Assembly: GCA_009377375.1 (NCBI GenBank)
Contig: WHUE01000012.1
Span: 2,427 to 66,426, forward strand
Direction: 5' to 3'
DNA from: Alphaproteobacteria bacterium
Lineage (GTDB): Bacteria > Pseudomonadota > Alphaproteobacteria > MPNO01 > UBA2964
Length of the DNA stretch: 64,000 nt
Part shown: positions 39,358 through 48,951 of the stretch, piece by piece
Numbering within the stretch: the stretch's first letter is position 1
Layout: every line of letters starts with the position of its first letter
Notes under the pieces: generated by a model
What the model was told of the DNA's origin: nothing
What the model saw: the letters and a program-made list of their open reading frames with translations, nothing else
Databases searched by the model: none
Made by a program: the position numbers and the translations under genes

Positions 39358-40161
39358 ATGTGGAACGACGCCGTCGATTTGCGCGATTTCTACCGCACCA
39401 GCCTGGGGCAGATGGCGCGGCGCATCATCCGCGCCCGCATCCGCGCGATGTGGCCGGACGTGTCGCGCATGACCGTGCTCGGGCTGGGCTACGCGACGCC
39501 GTATCTGCTGCCCTTCGCCGACGAGGCGGAGCGCGTCCTCGCCACGATGCCGGCGCAGCAGGGCGTGCTGCACTGGCCGGTGGAGGGGCCGGGGCGGGTG
39601 GCGCTGGCCGACGAGACCGAGCTGCCGCTGCCCGACGTGTCGGTGGACCGCGTGCTGCTGGTGCATGGGCTGGAATGCAGCGAGCAGCTTCGTCCCATGC
39701 TGCGCGAGATCTGGCGCATCCTGGCCGATGGCGGGCGGGTGCTCTGCGTGGTGCCCAACCGGCGCGGCATCTGGGCGCGGCTGGACCGCACGCCGTTCGG
39801 CCACGGCCACCCCTATACCCCGTCGCAGCTCTCCCGGCTGTTGCGGGACACGCTGTTCACGCCGACGCAGACGGCGGCGGCGCTGTTCGTGCCGCCGTCG
39901 CGCTCGCGCATGATGATCGCCTCCGCCCCGGCCTGGGAACAGATCGGGCCGCGCTGGTTCCAGACCGTCGCAGGGGTGCTGCTGGTGGAGGCCGGCAAGC
40001 AGATCTATGCCGCGACGCCCGAGATCGCGCCCGCGCGCGGCCGGCGGCGCTATGTCCAGATCAGCCCGACCGCAAAGCGGGTGCCCACGGAGGGGCAGGC
40101 GGGACGCGGATGCCTCATCCCTGGCACAGCAGGAACAGGGCCTGCTCGCCGGTCAGGTTGA
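39358..40161 (+). CDS. YafS-like SAM-dependent methyltransferase-family protein
   Basis: divergent from gloB, the same pairing as E. coli yafS-gloB; the 3' end is uncertain (it overlaps metW on the other strand). Confidence 0.55.
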   Translation: MWNDAVDLRDFYRTSLGQMARRIIRARIRAMWPDVSRMTVLGLGYATPYLLPFADEAERVLATMPAQQGVLHWPVEGPGRVALADETELPLPDVSVDRVLLVHGLECSEQLRPMLREIWRILADGGRVLCVVPNRRGIWARLDRTPFGHGHPYTPSQLSRLLRDTLFTPTQTAAALFVPPSRSRMMIASAPAWEQIGPRWFQTVAGVLLVEAGKQIYAATPEIAPARGRRRYVQISPTAKRVPTEGQAGRGCLIPGTAGTGPARRSG

Positions 40162-40750
40162 CCAGCCGGCCGACGCGGCCGATGGAGCGGCCGGCGCCGG
40201 TGGGGGACACCAGCATCGCCTTTTCGATCGTCAGCCCCAGCTCGTCGCATAGCGCGACGAAATCCAGCAGGGTGCAGGGATGGATGTCCTCGCTGTCATA
40301 CCAGCTCTTGCCGATGCCGGCGGTGACGGGGGCCCGGCCGGAGAGCAGCAGCCCGGCGCGGATGCGCCAGTGGCCGTAATTGACGAAGGATACGGCGGCG
40401 AAGCGGCCGATGCGCGCCAGCTCCTGCAGCACCTCCCGCGGGTTGCGGGTCGCCTGCAGCGTCTTGGACAGCACGACGTAGTCGAACGCCTGGGACGGAT
40501 AGTCCTTCAGGTCGGTGTCGGCGTCGCCCTGGATCACCGACAGCCCGTGGCTGACGCAGGCGCGCACCCCGTCGCGGCTGATCTCGATGCCGCGTCCGTC
40601 GACGTTCTTCTCATGCGCCAGCCAGGCCAGAAGCTCGCCGTCGCCGCAGCCGATGTCGAGCACGCGGCTGCCCGGCGCGATCATGTCGGAGATGAGCTGC
40701 AGGTCCGGGCGCAGGGCCCTCGTGGCGGGCACGATCGATCCGTCCGCCAT
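40115..40750 (-). CDS. metW: methionine biosynthesis protein MetW
   Basis: MetW family (VLDIGCGDGELL); start overlaps the metX stop (ATGA). Confidence 0.85.
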   Translation of the reverse strand: MADGSIVPATRALRPDLQLISDMIAPGSRVLDIGCGDGELLAWLAHEKNVDGRGIEISRDGVRACVSHGLSVIQGDADTDLKDYPSQAFDYVVLSKTLQATRNPREVLQELARIGRFAAVSFVNYGHWRIRAGLLLSGRAPVTAGIGKSWYDSEDIHPCTLLDFVALCDELGLTIEKAMLVSPTGAGRSIGRVGRLVNLTGEQALFLLCQG

Positions 40751-41919
40751 CAGCCGGGAAGTCCCCTGTGGCGCGCCGCGCCCTCGATGAAGCCGCGCAG
40801 CGTGCGGTGCATCTCCGGCTCGTCCAGCAGGAAGGCGTCGTGGCCCTTGTCGGTCTCGATCTCCATGAAGCTCACATTGGCGGCCACCGCGTTGAGCGCA
40901 TGCACGATGGCGCGGCTTTCCACGGTCGGGTAGAGCCAGTCGCTGGTGAAGGAGATCACGCAGAACCGCACGCCGGTGTTGCGGAACGCCTCGGCCAGCA
41001 CGCCGCCATGTTCGGCGGCCATGTCGAAATAGTCCATCGCCCGGGTGATGTAGAGATAGGAGTTGGCGTCGAACCGCTCGACGAAGGTGCTGCCCTGGTG
41101 GCGCAGGTAGGATTCGACCTGGAAATCGGCGTCGAAGCCGTAGGTCACGGTGTCGCGCCCCTGCAGCCGGCGGCCGAACTTGCGCGTCAGCGCCGCCTCG
41201 GACAGGTAGGTGATGTGCGCCTCCATACGCGCGACGGCCAGCCCGCGCCGGGGCCTCTTGTCGAGGCTGTGATAGTCGCCCTGGCACCAGTCCGGATCGG
41301 CCATGATTGCCTGGCGGCCCACCTCGTGGAAGGCGATGTTCTGCGCCGAATGGCGCGGGGTCGCGGCGATCGGCACGGCGGCGAACACGCGGTCGCCGTA
41401 TTTCGACGCCCATTCGAGCGCCTGCATTCCCCCCATAGAGCCGCCGATGACGCAGAACAGCCGCTCGATGCCCAGATGGTCGATCAGCATGGCCTGCGCA
41501 CGCACCATGTCGCCGATGGTGATGACGGGGAAGTTCAGGCCGTAGGGCCGGCCCGTGGCCGGATCGGCGCTTGCCGGGCCGCTGGTGCCCATGCAGCCGC
41601 CGAGCACGTTGGCGCAGAGGACGTAGAACCGGTCGGTATCCAGCACCTTGCCCGGGCCGATCATGATTTCCCACCATCCCTCGCGCCCGGTCACCGGGTG
41701 CGGGCCGGCGGCGTACTGGTCGCCGGTCAGCGCGTGGCACACCAGTATGGCGTTGGACTTGTCGGCGTTGAGCGTGCCCCAGCTCTGCCAGGCCACGGTA
41801 TAGGGGCCCAGCGCGACGCCGCAATCCAGCGTCAGCGGCGCGTCGCCGCCGAGCGCCACCCGATGGCCGGGCAGCGTTTCGGGCGAAATTTCGGCTAACG
41901 GCAGTGTCGGCGCGGCCAT
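40750..41919 (-). CDS. metX: homoserine O-acetyltransferase
   Basis: alpha/beta hydrolase MetX (GGSMGGMQ); start ATG 41919. Confidence 0.9.
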   Translation of the reverse strand: MAAPTLPLAEISPETLPGHRVALGGDAPLTLDCGVALGPYTVAWQSWGTLNADKSNAILVCHALTGDQYAAGPHPVTGREGWWEIMIGPGKVLDTDRFYVLCANVLGGCMGTSGPASADPATGRPYGLNFPVITIGDMVRAQAMLIDHLGIERLFCVIGGSMGGMQALEWASKYGDRVFAAVPIAATPRHSAQNIAFHEVGRQAIMADPDWCQGDYHSLDKRPRRGLAVARMEAHITYLSEAALTRKFGRRLQGRDTVTYGFDADFQVESYLRHQGSTFVERFDANSYLYITRAMDYFDMAAEHGGVLAEAFRNTGVRFCVISFTSDWLYPTVESRAIVHALNAVAANVSFMEIETDKGHDAFLLDEPEMHRTLRGFIEGAARHRGLPG

Positions 41920-42088
41920 CGGCACCAGGACCCTGTTACAATTGCAGGCGGAACTAGCAGCATAGCTAGGGCGAATTGGCAATTCTATCAATGTTTTCTT
42001 TGCTTTTGCGCGCTGCCGCGAACAGGTATAACCGCCCCGGCCCGGTGCGGAAGGTTTTCCGCAGACCGGCCGCCGATTCTGCCCCGCA
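41920..42088 (-). promoter_or_regulatory. structured lower-GC 5' leader of metX-metW (candidate SAM-responsive riboswitch)
   Basis: nested dyads (AATTGC...GCAATT; CTAGC..GCTAG) and A-rich GCAAAAGCAAAGAAAAC on the transcribed strand. Confidence 0.3.
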
Positions 42089-42964
42089 ATGCCGCTTGAG
42101 CTCGCCCCGATGCCTAAAGATCCGACAGCGCTGAGCGAAATCCGCCGGGAGATCGACGCGATCGACGCGGCCCTGCACGACCTGCTCGTCCGGCGCGCCG
42201 CGATGGTGGAGCGCGTGCGCGCGGCCAAGGCGGTCGTGGACACCGCCGCCTCGGCGTGGCGTCCGGCGCGCGAGGCGGAGATATTGCGGCGGCTCGCCCG
42301 CCGGCACGAAGGCGCCCTGCCGCTGGCCGTCGTCGTGCGCATCTGGCGCGAGCTGACGAGCGCGCTGGTGGCGCTGCAGGGCCCGTTTTCCGTCGCGGTT
42401 TTCGACGATCCCGAGCACGGCTACTGGGACCTCGCCCGCGACCATTTCGGCGGCGTCGTGCCGCTGACCCGGCACGGCTCCGCGCGCGGCGTGATCCAGG
42501 CGCTGGGCGAGGCCCCGACCACGATCGGCGTGCTGCCGCTGCCGCAGGACGGCGAGGCCGACCCCTGGTGGCCGGTGCTGATGGGCGCGGCCGGCGGGCC
42601 GCTGCGCATCGCCGCCCGGCTGCCCTTCGCGGACGGTGGCAACGGGCGCGGCACCGGCGCGCTGGTCGTCGGCTCGATGGAGCAGGAGCCGACCGGCGAC
42701 GACTGCAGCTATATCCTGATCGAGGCCGCCGGCCCCGTCAGCCGCGCCAGCCTGACGGCCAGGCTGAAGGAAGCCGGGCTGGTCCCCGTCTTCCTCACCG
42801 GGCGCAGCGAGGCGGGCGCGCCGCCGCTGTTCCTCGCCGAGGTGGCCGAGTTCATCGGTCCGGGCGACGAGCGGCTGGCGATCGCCGCCGCCGAGGGCGG
42901 GCCGGTCGCGGCGATCTGGGCCGTGGGCGGATACGCCGTGCCGCTGGGCGGGACGGGACGATGA
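42089..42964 (+). CDS. chorismate mutase-domain protein
   Basis: N-terminal CM_2 helix ([22 protein letters not shown]) with a C-terminal extension of unknown function. Confidence 0.6.
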   Translation: MPLELAPMPKDPTALSEIRREIDAIDAALHDLLVRRAAMVERVRAAKAVVDTAASAWRPAREAEILRRLARRHEGALPLAVVVRIWRELTSALVALQGPFSVAVFDDPEHGYWDLARDHFGGVVPLTRHGSARGVIQALGEAPTTIGVLPLPQDGEADPWWPVLMGAAGGPLRIAARLPFADGGNGRGTGALVVGSMEQEPTGDDCSYILIEAAGPVSRASLTARLKEAGLVPVFLTGRSEAGAPPLFLAEVAEFIGPGDERLAIAAAEGGPVAAIWAVGGYAVPLGGTGR

Positions 42965-44058
42965 CCGCCCCGGCCCCGCGCCCCGGCATCCTCGATATCG
43001 AACCCTACAGGCCCGGCAAGTCCTCGGTGCCGGGCGGGCCGGCGCATGCGATCAAGCTGTCGGCCAACGAGGGCGCGCTGGGCCCGTCGCCGGCGGCGCT
43101 CGCGGCCTATGCCGGCGCGGCGAAGACGCTGCATGTCTACCCGGAAGGCGGCGCAGTGACGCTGCGCGAGGCCATCGGCCGCGTCCACGGGCTCGACCCC
43201 GACCGCATCGTCTGCGGCGCCGGTTCGGACGAGCTGCTTTACAACATCGCCCGCGGCTATGCCGGGCCGGGCGACGAGATCGTCTACAGCCGGCATGGCT
43301 TCAACATCTACCCCATCGTCAGCCACGCGGTGGGCGCGACGCCGGTGGTCGCGCCGGAGGAGAAGCTGGTGTTCGACGTGGATGCCGTGCTCGCCTGCGT
43401 CACCGAGCGCACGCGGCTGGTCTTCATCGCCAACCCCAACAACCCGACGGGCTCCTACATCCCGGCGGACGAGCTGGCGCGGCTGCGCGCGGGCCTGCGC
43501 GACGACATCGTGCTGGTGATCGACTGCGCCTATGCCGAGTTCGTCATGCGCAACGACTATTCCACCGGGGTGGAGCTGGTGGATCGCGGCGCCAACACGG
43601 TGATGACGCGCACCTTCTCCAAGATCTACGGGCTGGCGGCGCTGCGCCTCGGCTGGGCCTATGCGCCGTCCGCCATCGCCGACGTGCTCAACCGGCTGCG
43701 CGGGCCGTTCAACATCTCGACCGCGGCGCAGGCGGCCGGCAGGGCGGCGGTGGAGGATCAGGCGCATGTCAACCGCGCCCGCGACCACAACGCCGCCTGG
43801 CTGCCCTGGTTCGCGGAGCGCATGCAGGCGCTGGGGCTGCACGTCTATCCCAGCGCGGCAAATTTCATCCTGGTGCGATTCCCCGACACGCCGGGCCGCA
43901 CCGCCGCCGACGCCTTCGCCTTCTTCGCCGGCAACGGGGTGATCCCGCGCGAGACCAACGGCTACCACCTGCCCGACTGCCTGCGCTTCACCATCGGGCG
44001 CGAGGACGAGCTCACGCTCGCCGCCGACATCGCCCGCCGCTTCATGGCGCAGGGCTGA
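42961..44058 (+). CDS. hisC: histidinol-phosphate aminotransferase
   Basis: class II aminotransferase; ATGA overlap with the upstream gene. Confidence 0.85.
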   Translation: MTAPAPRPGILDIEPYRPGKSSVPGGPAHAIKLSANEGALGPSPAALAAYAGAAKTLHVYPEGGAVTLREAIGRVHGLDPDRIVCGAGSDELLYNIARGYAGPGDEIVYSRHGFNIYPIVSHAVGATPVVAPEEKLVFDVDAVLACVTERTRLVFIANPNNPTGSYIPADELARLRAGLRDDIVLVIDCAYAEFVMRNDYSTGVELVDRGANTVMTRTFSKIYGLAALRLGWAYAPSAIADVLNRLRGPFNISTAAQAAGRAAVEDQAHVNRARDHNAAWLPWFAERMQALGLHVYPSAANFILVRFPDTPGRTAADAFAFFAGNGVIPRETNGYHLPDCLRFTIGREDELTLAADIARRFMAQG

Positions 44059-44068
44059 GGAGGGGACG

Positions 44069-44992
44069 GTGGCGGACCCGCTTTTCAGGCGCATCGCCTT
44101 CATCGGCATCGGGCTGATCGGCTCGTCGCTCGCCCGTGTGGTGCGACGGGACGGGCTCGCCGGCGGCATCGTCGCCTGCGCCCGCAGCGCGGCGACGCGC
44201 GAGACCGCGCTCCGGCTCGGCCTGTGCGACGAGGCGACGGAGGACCCGGCCGCGGCGGTCGCGGGCTGCGACCTGGTCGTCCTGTGCACGCCGCTCGGCG
44301 CCTATGAGGACATCGCGCGGCGCATCGGGCCGCATCTCCAGGAGGGCTGCATCGTCAGCGACGTCGGCTCGGTCAAGGCGCTGATGGACCGCGCGGTGAA
44401 ACCGCATCTGCCGCCCGGTGTCCACATGGTGCCCGGCCATCCGGTGGCGGGGACCGAGAATTCCGGCCCCGAATCCGGCTTTGCGGAACTGTTCGAAGGC
44501 CATTTCACGGTGCTGACGCCGTCCGCCGGCACGGACGAGGCGGCGGTGCGCCGGATCGAGGCGCTGTGGCGCGCCGCCGGCAGCATGGTGGAGCGTATGG
44601 ACGCCGGTCATCACGACCAGGTGCTGGCGATCACCTCGCACGTGCCGCATGTCATCGCCTACACCATCGTAGGCACCGCGACCGACCTGGAAGATCGGCT
44701 GCGGTCCGAGGTCATCAAGTTCGCCGCCAGCGGGTTCCGGGATTTTACCCGTATCGCCGCCTCCGATCCGGTGATGTGGCGCGACATCTTTCTCAACAAC
44801 AAGGACGCGGTCCTCGAGATGCTGGGCCGGCTGACCGAGGACATCGCCGGGGTGCAGCGGGCGATCCGCGACGGCGACGGCGCGACGCTGGAGACGCTGT
44901 TCACCCGCACCCGCGAAATCCGCCGCGGCGTCGTCGCCGCCGGCCAGCACATCGCCCCGGCGCCGCCGGAAGACCGCCACGGGGAAGACTGA
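44069..44992 (+). CDS. tyrC: prephenate/arogenate (cyclohexadienyl) dehydrogenase
   Basis: Rossmann GIGLIGSS plus PDH domain; GTG start. Confidence 0.8.
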   Translation: MADPLFRRIAFIGIGLIGSSLARVVRRDGLAGGIVACARSAATRETALRLGLCDEATEDPAAAVAGCDLVVLCTPLGAYEDIARRIGPHLQEGCIVSDVGSVKALMDRAVKPHLPPGVHMVPGHPVAGTENSGPESGFAELFEGHFTVLTPSAGTDEAAVRRIEALWRAAGSMVERMDAGHHDQVLAITSHVPHVIAYTIVGTATDLEDRLRSEVIKFAASGFRDFTRIAASDPVMWRDIFLNNKDAVLEMLGRLTEDIAGVQRAIRDGDGATLETLFTRTREIRRGVVAAGQHIAPAPPEDRHGED

Positions 44993-45004
44993 CGGCCGTC
45001 CCTT

Positions 45005-46045
45005 CTACCGCCAGTCGATCCGCGGCAGCGGCAGCAGGGCGACGGGGCCGATGAACAGCCGGCCGCCCTGCAGCGTGATGGGCGCCTCGATCACCGGCGG
45101 CCCGCCGCCTTCGGGGCGCTTCGCCAGCGCGTTGAGCGCATAGCCGATCAGCACGCCGTGCCGCGCCTTCACGATCCCGGCGGCGACCAGCGTTTCCACC
45201 GTCGCGTCGAACCCCGCGATGCGCGCGGTCAGGGCGCCTTCGGGCTGCAGCGCCGCGTCCAGCGCCAGCGTGCCGTCGCCGTCCGCGATCAGCGGCCCCC
45301 AGCCGAGGGCGAACTGGCGGACCTCGACCGTGCCGCCCGAATCCCGCCACGCCGCCAACGCGACCGCAGGCCGGCCGGGGGCGGTCTCGCCCAGCATCTG
45401 CGCGTCCAGCGCGATGCGCCCGACGGTGCGGCCCAGCGCGGGCTCGACTCCCTCCGGCAGGGTCAGCCCCAGCATCTCGCCCTTCACCGTAAAGGCGACG
45501 CGGCGATGCGCCGGAGTGCCGGCGTCTTCCGCCGGCCGCTCCCGTCCCACCGTCGCGGCAATGCGGTTGACGATCGCCGGCGGGCCGTCCGGCGGCGTGG
45601 CGAGGGCGACGTCGTCGATCGCCAGCTCCGCCCGCTCCACGTGACCGTTCCTCGCCAGCCGGGCGCGGGCCCGGGCGCGGCCAAGCTCCGCGCGCCCCGC
45701 TGCCGGCCCGGCCCATTCGACCGTGGACGGCTGCGGCGCATGCAGCAGGATCCGGTCCGGCCGCCACGGCACGAGATCGGCAAGAAGCACGGGGGCGGAC
45801 CAGCGCGGCTCGGATGGGCGGGGCGCGGTTGCCGCCGGTTGCGCGATGCGGGCGCGGAGCCGCAACGGGAATCCCTCGACCGCAAGGGACGCGTATTCGA
45901 TACGCCAGCCCTCGGCGCGGCGCGCTTCGGCCCAGGCGGCGATGCCGGCCTCCAGCCGCTGCGCGGCGTACAGCCAGGCCGCGCCGTACAACGCCGCGGC
46001 GACGGCGAGCGCGGCCGGAACGATCAGTATCTTGCGGCGCAGCAT
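45005..46045 (-). CDS. DUF2125 family protein (secreted or anchored)
   Basis: signal-anchor N-terminus; conserved alphaproteobacterial DUF. Confidence 0.55.
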   Translation of the reverse strand: MLRRKILIVPAALAVAAALYGAAWLYAAQRLEAGIAAWAEARRAEGWRIEYASLAVEGFPLRLRARIAQPAATAPRPSEPRWSAPVLLADLVPWRPDRILLHAPQPSTVEWAGPAAGRAELGRARARARLARNGHVERAELAIDDVALATPPDGPPAIVNRIAATVGRERPAEDAGTPAHRRVAFTVKGEMLGLTLPEGVEPALGRTVGRIALDAQMLGETAPGRPAVALAAWRDSGGTVEVRQFALGWGPLIADGDGTLALDAALQPEGALTARIAGFDATVETLVAAGIVKARHGVLIGYALNALAKRPEGGGPPVIEAPITLQGGRLFIGPVALLPLPRIDWR

Positions 46046-46164
46046 GGCGGCTCCCTTGGCTTTCGATTATAGCCCGAAAAGACGGGGCGCGGCGAATGGA
46101 CCCGTCCGATGGCGGGCGGGCGCGGGCTGCGATATAACGCCAGGTCATTTCGGGGCTGATCTCC

Positions 46165-47049
46165 ATGAACGATACCGGGCCGAGCGGGCTTTCGCGGCTG
46201 CAGGTCGCAGCGGCGGGTGCGCTGTTCACCTTCTTCTGGGCCAGCGGCTTCGTGTCCGCCAAGTACGGGCTGCCCTATGCCGAGCCCTTCACCTTCCTGA
46301 GCCTGCGCTTCGTCATCGCCATCCTCCTGCTGGCCCCGATCGCGGCGCTGTGGCGGGCGCGCTGGCCGCGCAGCCCGGCGGCGCTGGGGCATATCGTGGT
46401 CGCCGGGCTGCTGGTGCAGACGATCTATCTGATCGGGGTGTTCCAGGCGATCCGCTTCGGTATATCCACCGGGGTGATCGCGCTGATCGTGGGGCTCCAG
46501 CCGCTGCTGACCGGCGCGCTGGCTAGCGCCGCGCTGGGCGAGCGGGCGACGCGGGGCCAGTGGATCGGCCTCGCCCTCGGCTTCGCCGGCCTGGCGCTGG
46601 TAGTGGCGGAAAAGGTGGATTTCGGCGCCGGGGACGGGGTGGGCGCCGCGTTCGGCGTCGCCGGACTGATCGGCATCACCATCGGCACGCTCTACCAGAA
46701 GCGGTTCTGCGCCGGGATGGACATCCGCAGCGGCGTCATCATCCAGAATGCCGCCTCGCTCGCCGTCATCGGCGTGCTGGCGCTGGCCTTCGAGACGCGC
46801 GAGGTGCAGTGGACGGGCGACTTCGTGTTCGCGCTGACCTGGTCGGCGATCGGCCTCTCGGTGATCGCCATCGCGCTCTACTACGTGCTGGTCCGGCGCG
46901 GCGCAGCGGCGAAGGTGACCAGCCTGATCTATCTCAGCCCGCCGACCACCGCGCTGATGGGCTGGGCGGTGTTCGGCGAGACGTTCTCGGCGCTCGCGCT
47001 GGCCGGGATGGGCGTGGCCGTCGCCGGCGTCGCGCTGGCGAACCGGTGA
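46165..47049 (+). CDS. DMT-superfamily (EamA) transporter
   Basis: 10-TM two-EamA-repeat architecture. Confidence 0.8.
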   Translation: MNDTGPSGLSRLQVAAAGALFTFFWASGFVSAKYGLPYAEPFTFLSLRFVIAILLLAPIAALWRARWPRSPAALGHIVVAGLLVQTIYLIGVFQAIRFGISTGVIALIVGLQPLLTGALASAALGERATRGQWIGLALGFAGLALVVAEKVDFGAGDGVGAAFGVAGLIGITIGTLYQKRFCAGMDIRSGVIIQNAASLAVIGVLALAFETREVQWTGDFVFALTWSAIGLSVIAIALYYVLVRRGAAAKVTSLIYLSPPTTALMGWAVFGETFSALALAGMGVAVAGVALANR

Positions 47050-47101
47050 CAGGCGGGGCGCGAGCGGATAGGGTTCGCCGGATTCCCACCGCGCCCCGGC
47101 C

Positions 47102-47719
47102 ATGACCGATCCCCAGCCGAACCCCGAGAGAAGCCGCATCGTCGTCGAAGAGCCGGGCGACGTGTGGTTCTTCGCCTATGGCTCGCTGATGTGGGACCCC
47201 GGATTTGCGCCGGTGGAGATGCGTCCCGCGCTGCTTTACGGCTGGCACCGCGCCTTCTGCGTGCGCTCCGTGCGCTATCGCGGCACGCCGGCCGCGCCGG
47301 GGCTCGTGCTGGGGCTGGACCGGGGCGGGTCCTGCCGGGGCCGCGCGCTGCGCGTCGCCGGGGCCGATCGCGAGCGTGTCTTCGGCTACCTGGAGGAGCG
47401 CGAGATGCCGGAGGAAATCTACTCCTGCCGCCGGATGACCATGGCGACGCCACAGGGGCTGATCGAAGGCTACGGGCTGGTGGTCAACCGCGACAATGCG
47501 CTTTACGATGGCGCGCTGGCGCCGCTGGACATGGCGCGCCGCATCGCGGTCTGCGCGGGCGAGCGGGGGCCGAACCGGGATTATCTGGCCCACACGGTGC
47601 GCCATCTCGACGAGCTCGGGATCGGGGACGGACCGATGCACGAGCTGCTGGCGATGGTCGAGCGGCTCGCGGCCGAAGACGAAAAAGGCGGGCGTGGCAA
47701 GGTCGGGGCCCCGGGATGA
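47102..47719 (+). CDS. ChaC-family gamma-glutamylcyclotransferase
   Basis: FAYGSLMWDP motif. Confidence 0.75.
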   Translation: MTDPQPNPERSRIVVEEPGDVWFFAYGSLMWDPGFAPVEMRPALLYGWHRAFCVRSVRYRGTPAAPGLVLGLDRGGSCRGRALRVAGADRERVFGYLEEREMPEEIYSCRRMTMATPQGLIEGYGLVVNRDNALYDGALAPLDMARRIAVCAGERGPNRDYLAHTVRHLDELGIGDGPMHELLAMVERLAAEDEKGGRGKVGAPG

Positions 47720-47744
47720 GGACGAGGAAAGGGATACAGGGCAG

Positions 47745-48596
47745 ATGAAACTTGTGAGCTATCGCCACAGCGGGGTCGCCCGCTTCGGTGCGGTCAAGGA
47801 CGACGGGGTGGTTGAGCTGTCGGGGCGCCTCGGCGGCCAGTATCCGAACCTCGCCTCGGTGCTCGGCAACGGGGCGATGGATGCGATCCGCGAGCTTGTC
47901 GCCGGCCGCTCGCCCGACGTGGCGCTGTCCGACATCGAATACGACCTGCCGATCCCCGCGCCGCAGAAGATCATGTGCATCGGCCGCAACTACCGCGCCT
48001 ATCACGAGGTGCTGGAGGACGGCCGTCCCGACTGGCCGAGCGTCTTCCCGCGCTTCGTCAACTCCTTCGCGCCGCACGGCCAGCCTATCGTCCGCCCGAA
48101 GGTGGACGGCGACCAGCTCGACTACGAGGGCGAGATCGTGGTGGTCATCGGCAAGCGCTGCCGCCATGTCGCCCAGGCGGACGCCATGTCCGTGATCGGC
48201 GGCTACACGGTGGCCAACGAGGGCAGCGTGCGCAACTGGATCGGCCGCGGCACGCAGAACTGCCCGGTGAAGAACCAGTACCGCTCCGGCTCGATGGGGC
48301 CGTGGATGGTCACGGCGGACGAGATCGACGATCCGATGAAGCTGCACATCAACACTCGCGTGTCGGGCGAGACCCGCCAGGACGGCGGCGCCGACATGAT
48401 GATCTTCGACATCCCCTACGTGGTCGCCTTCGTCTCCACCATCACCTGGCTGGAACCCGGCGACGTCATCTGCACCGGCAGTCCCGGCGGCTCGGCCATC
48501 GAGCAGGACCCGCCCGCCTATCTCAAGCCGGGCGACGTGCTGGAGGTGGAGATTCCCGGCATCGGCCTGCTGCGCAACTCCATCGAGGACGAGTAG
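47745..48596 (+). CDS. fumarylacetoacetate hydrolase (FAH)-family protein
   Basis: FAH C-terminal domain motifs. Confidence 0.75.
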   Translation: MKLVSYRHSGVARFGAVKDDGVVELSGRLGGQYPNLASVLGNGAMDAIRELVAGRSPDVALSDIEYDLPIPAPQKIMCIGRNYRAYHEVLEDGRPDWPSVFPRFVNSFAPHGQPIVRPKVDGDQLDYEGEIVVVIGKRCRHVAQADAMSVIGGYTVANEGSVRNWIGRGTQNCPVKNQYRSGSMGPWMVTADEIDDPMKLHINTRVSGETRQDGGADMMIFDIPYVVAFVSTITWLEPGDVICTGSPGGSAIEQDPPAYLKPGDVLEVEIPGIGLLRNSIEDE

Positions 48597-48951
48597 AGGA
48601 CACCTGCGGCCGCGTGGCGGGAGAAAGCCGTCGTTGACGCGCCCCATGAATTGCATCCACTATCGTTCCAGGGTCCGTCCTCAGGCGCAACGCTTCGCGC
48701 CGAGGGGCGCCCGGCGAAAGGCCGGTACTGGCGGGATAGCAGGTAGGACAAGGCTTCTCTCGCCGGGGGAGACGAGGGGGGGAACGGGAGGTTCGGATCG
48801 GGCGGCAGCGTCCGAAAACCGTGTTCGCCGGCGCTGCGCCCCGGCGTTCAGCATCCAGCCGGAAAGCCGGCCCACACCAGACTCGGTTCCCGGAGGGGAG
48901 GCCGGGCGAGTACGGTGGCTGGCGTAAAGGGAAATCCAGAGGAGGAAACAG

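Noticed and set aside
40115-40161. 47-bp convergent overlap between the yafS-like gene's 3' end and metW's 3' end
   Set aside because: Most likely the yafS-like gene's true stop is called too late, or the overlap is tolerated. It is not evidence of a special element.
40115-41824. 569-aa ORF suggesting a large MetW fusion protein
   Set aside because: Only the C-terminal 211 aa are MetW. The N-terminal part is an out-of-frame read-through across metX, which is encoded in another frame on the same strand.
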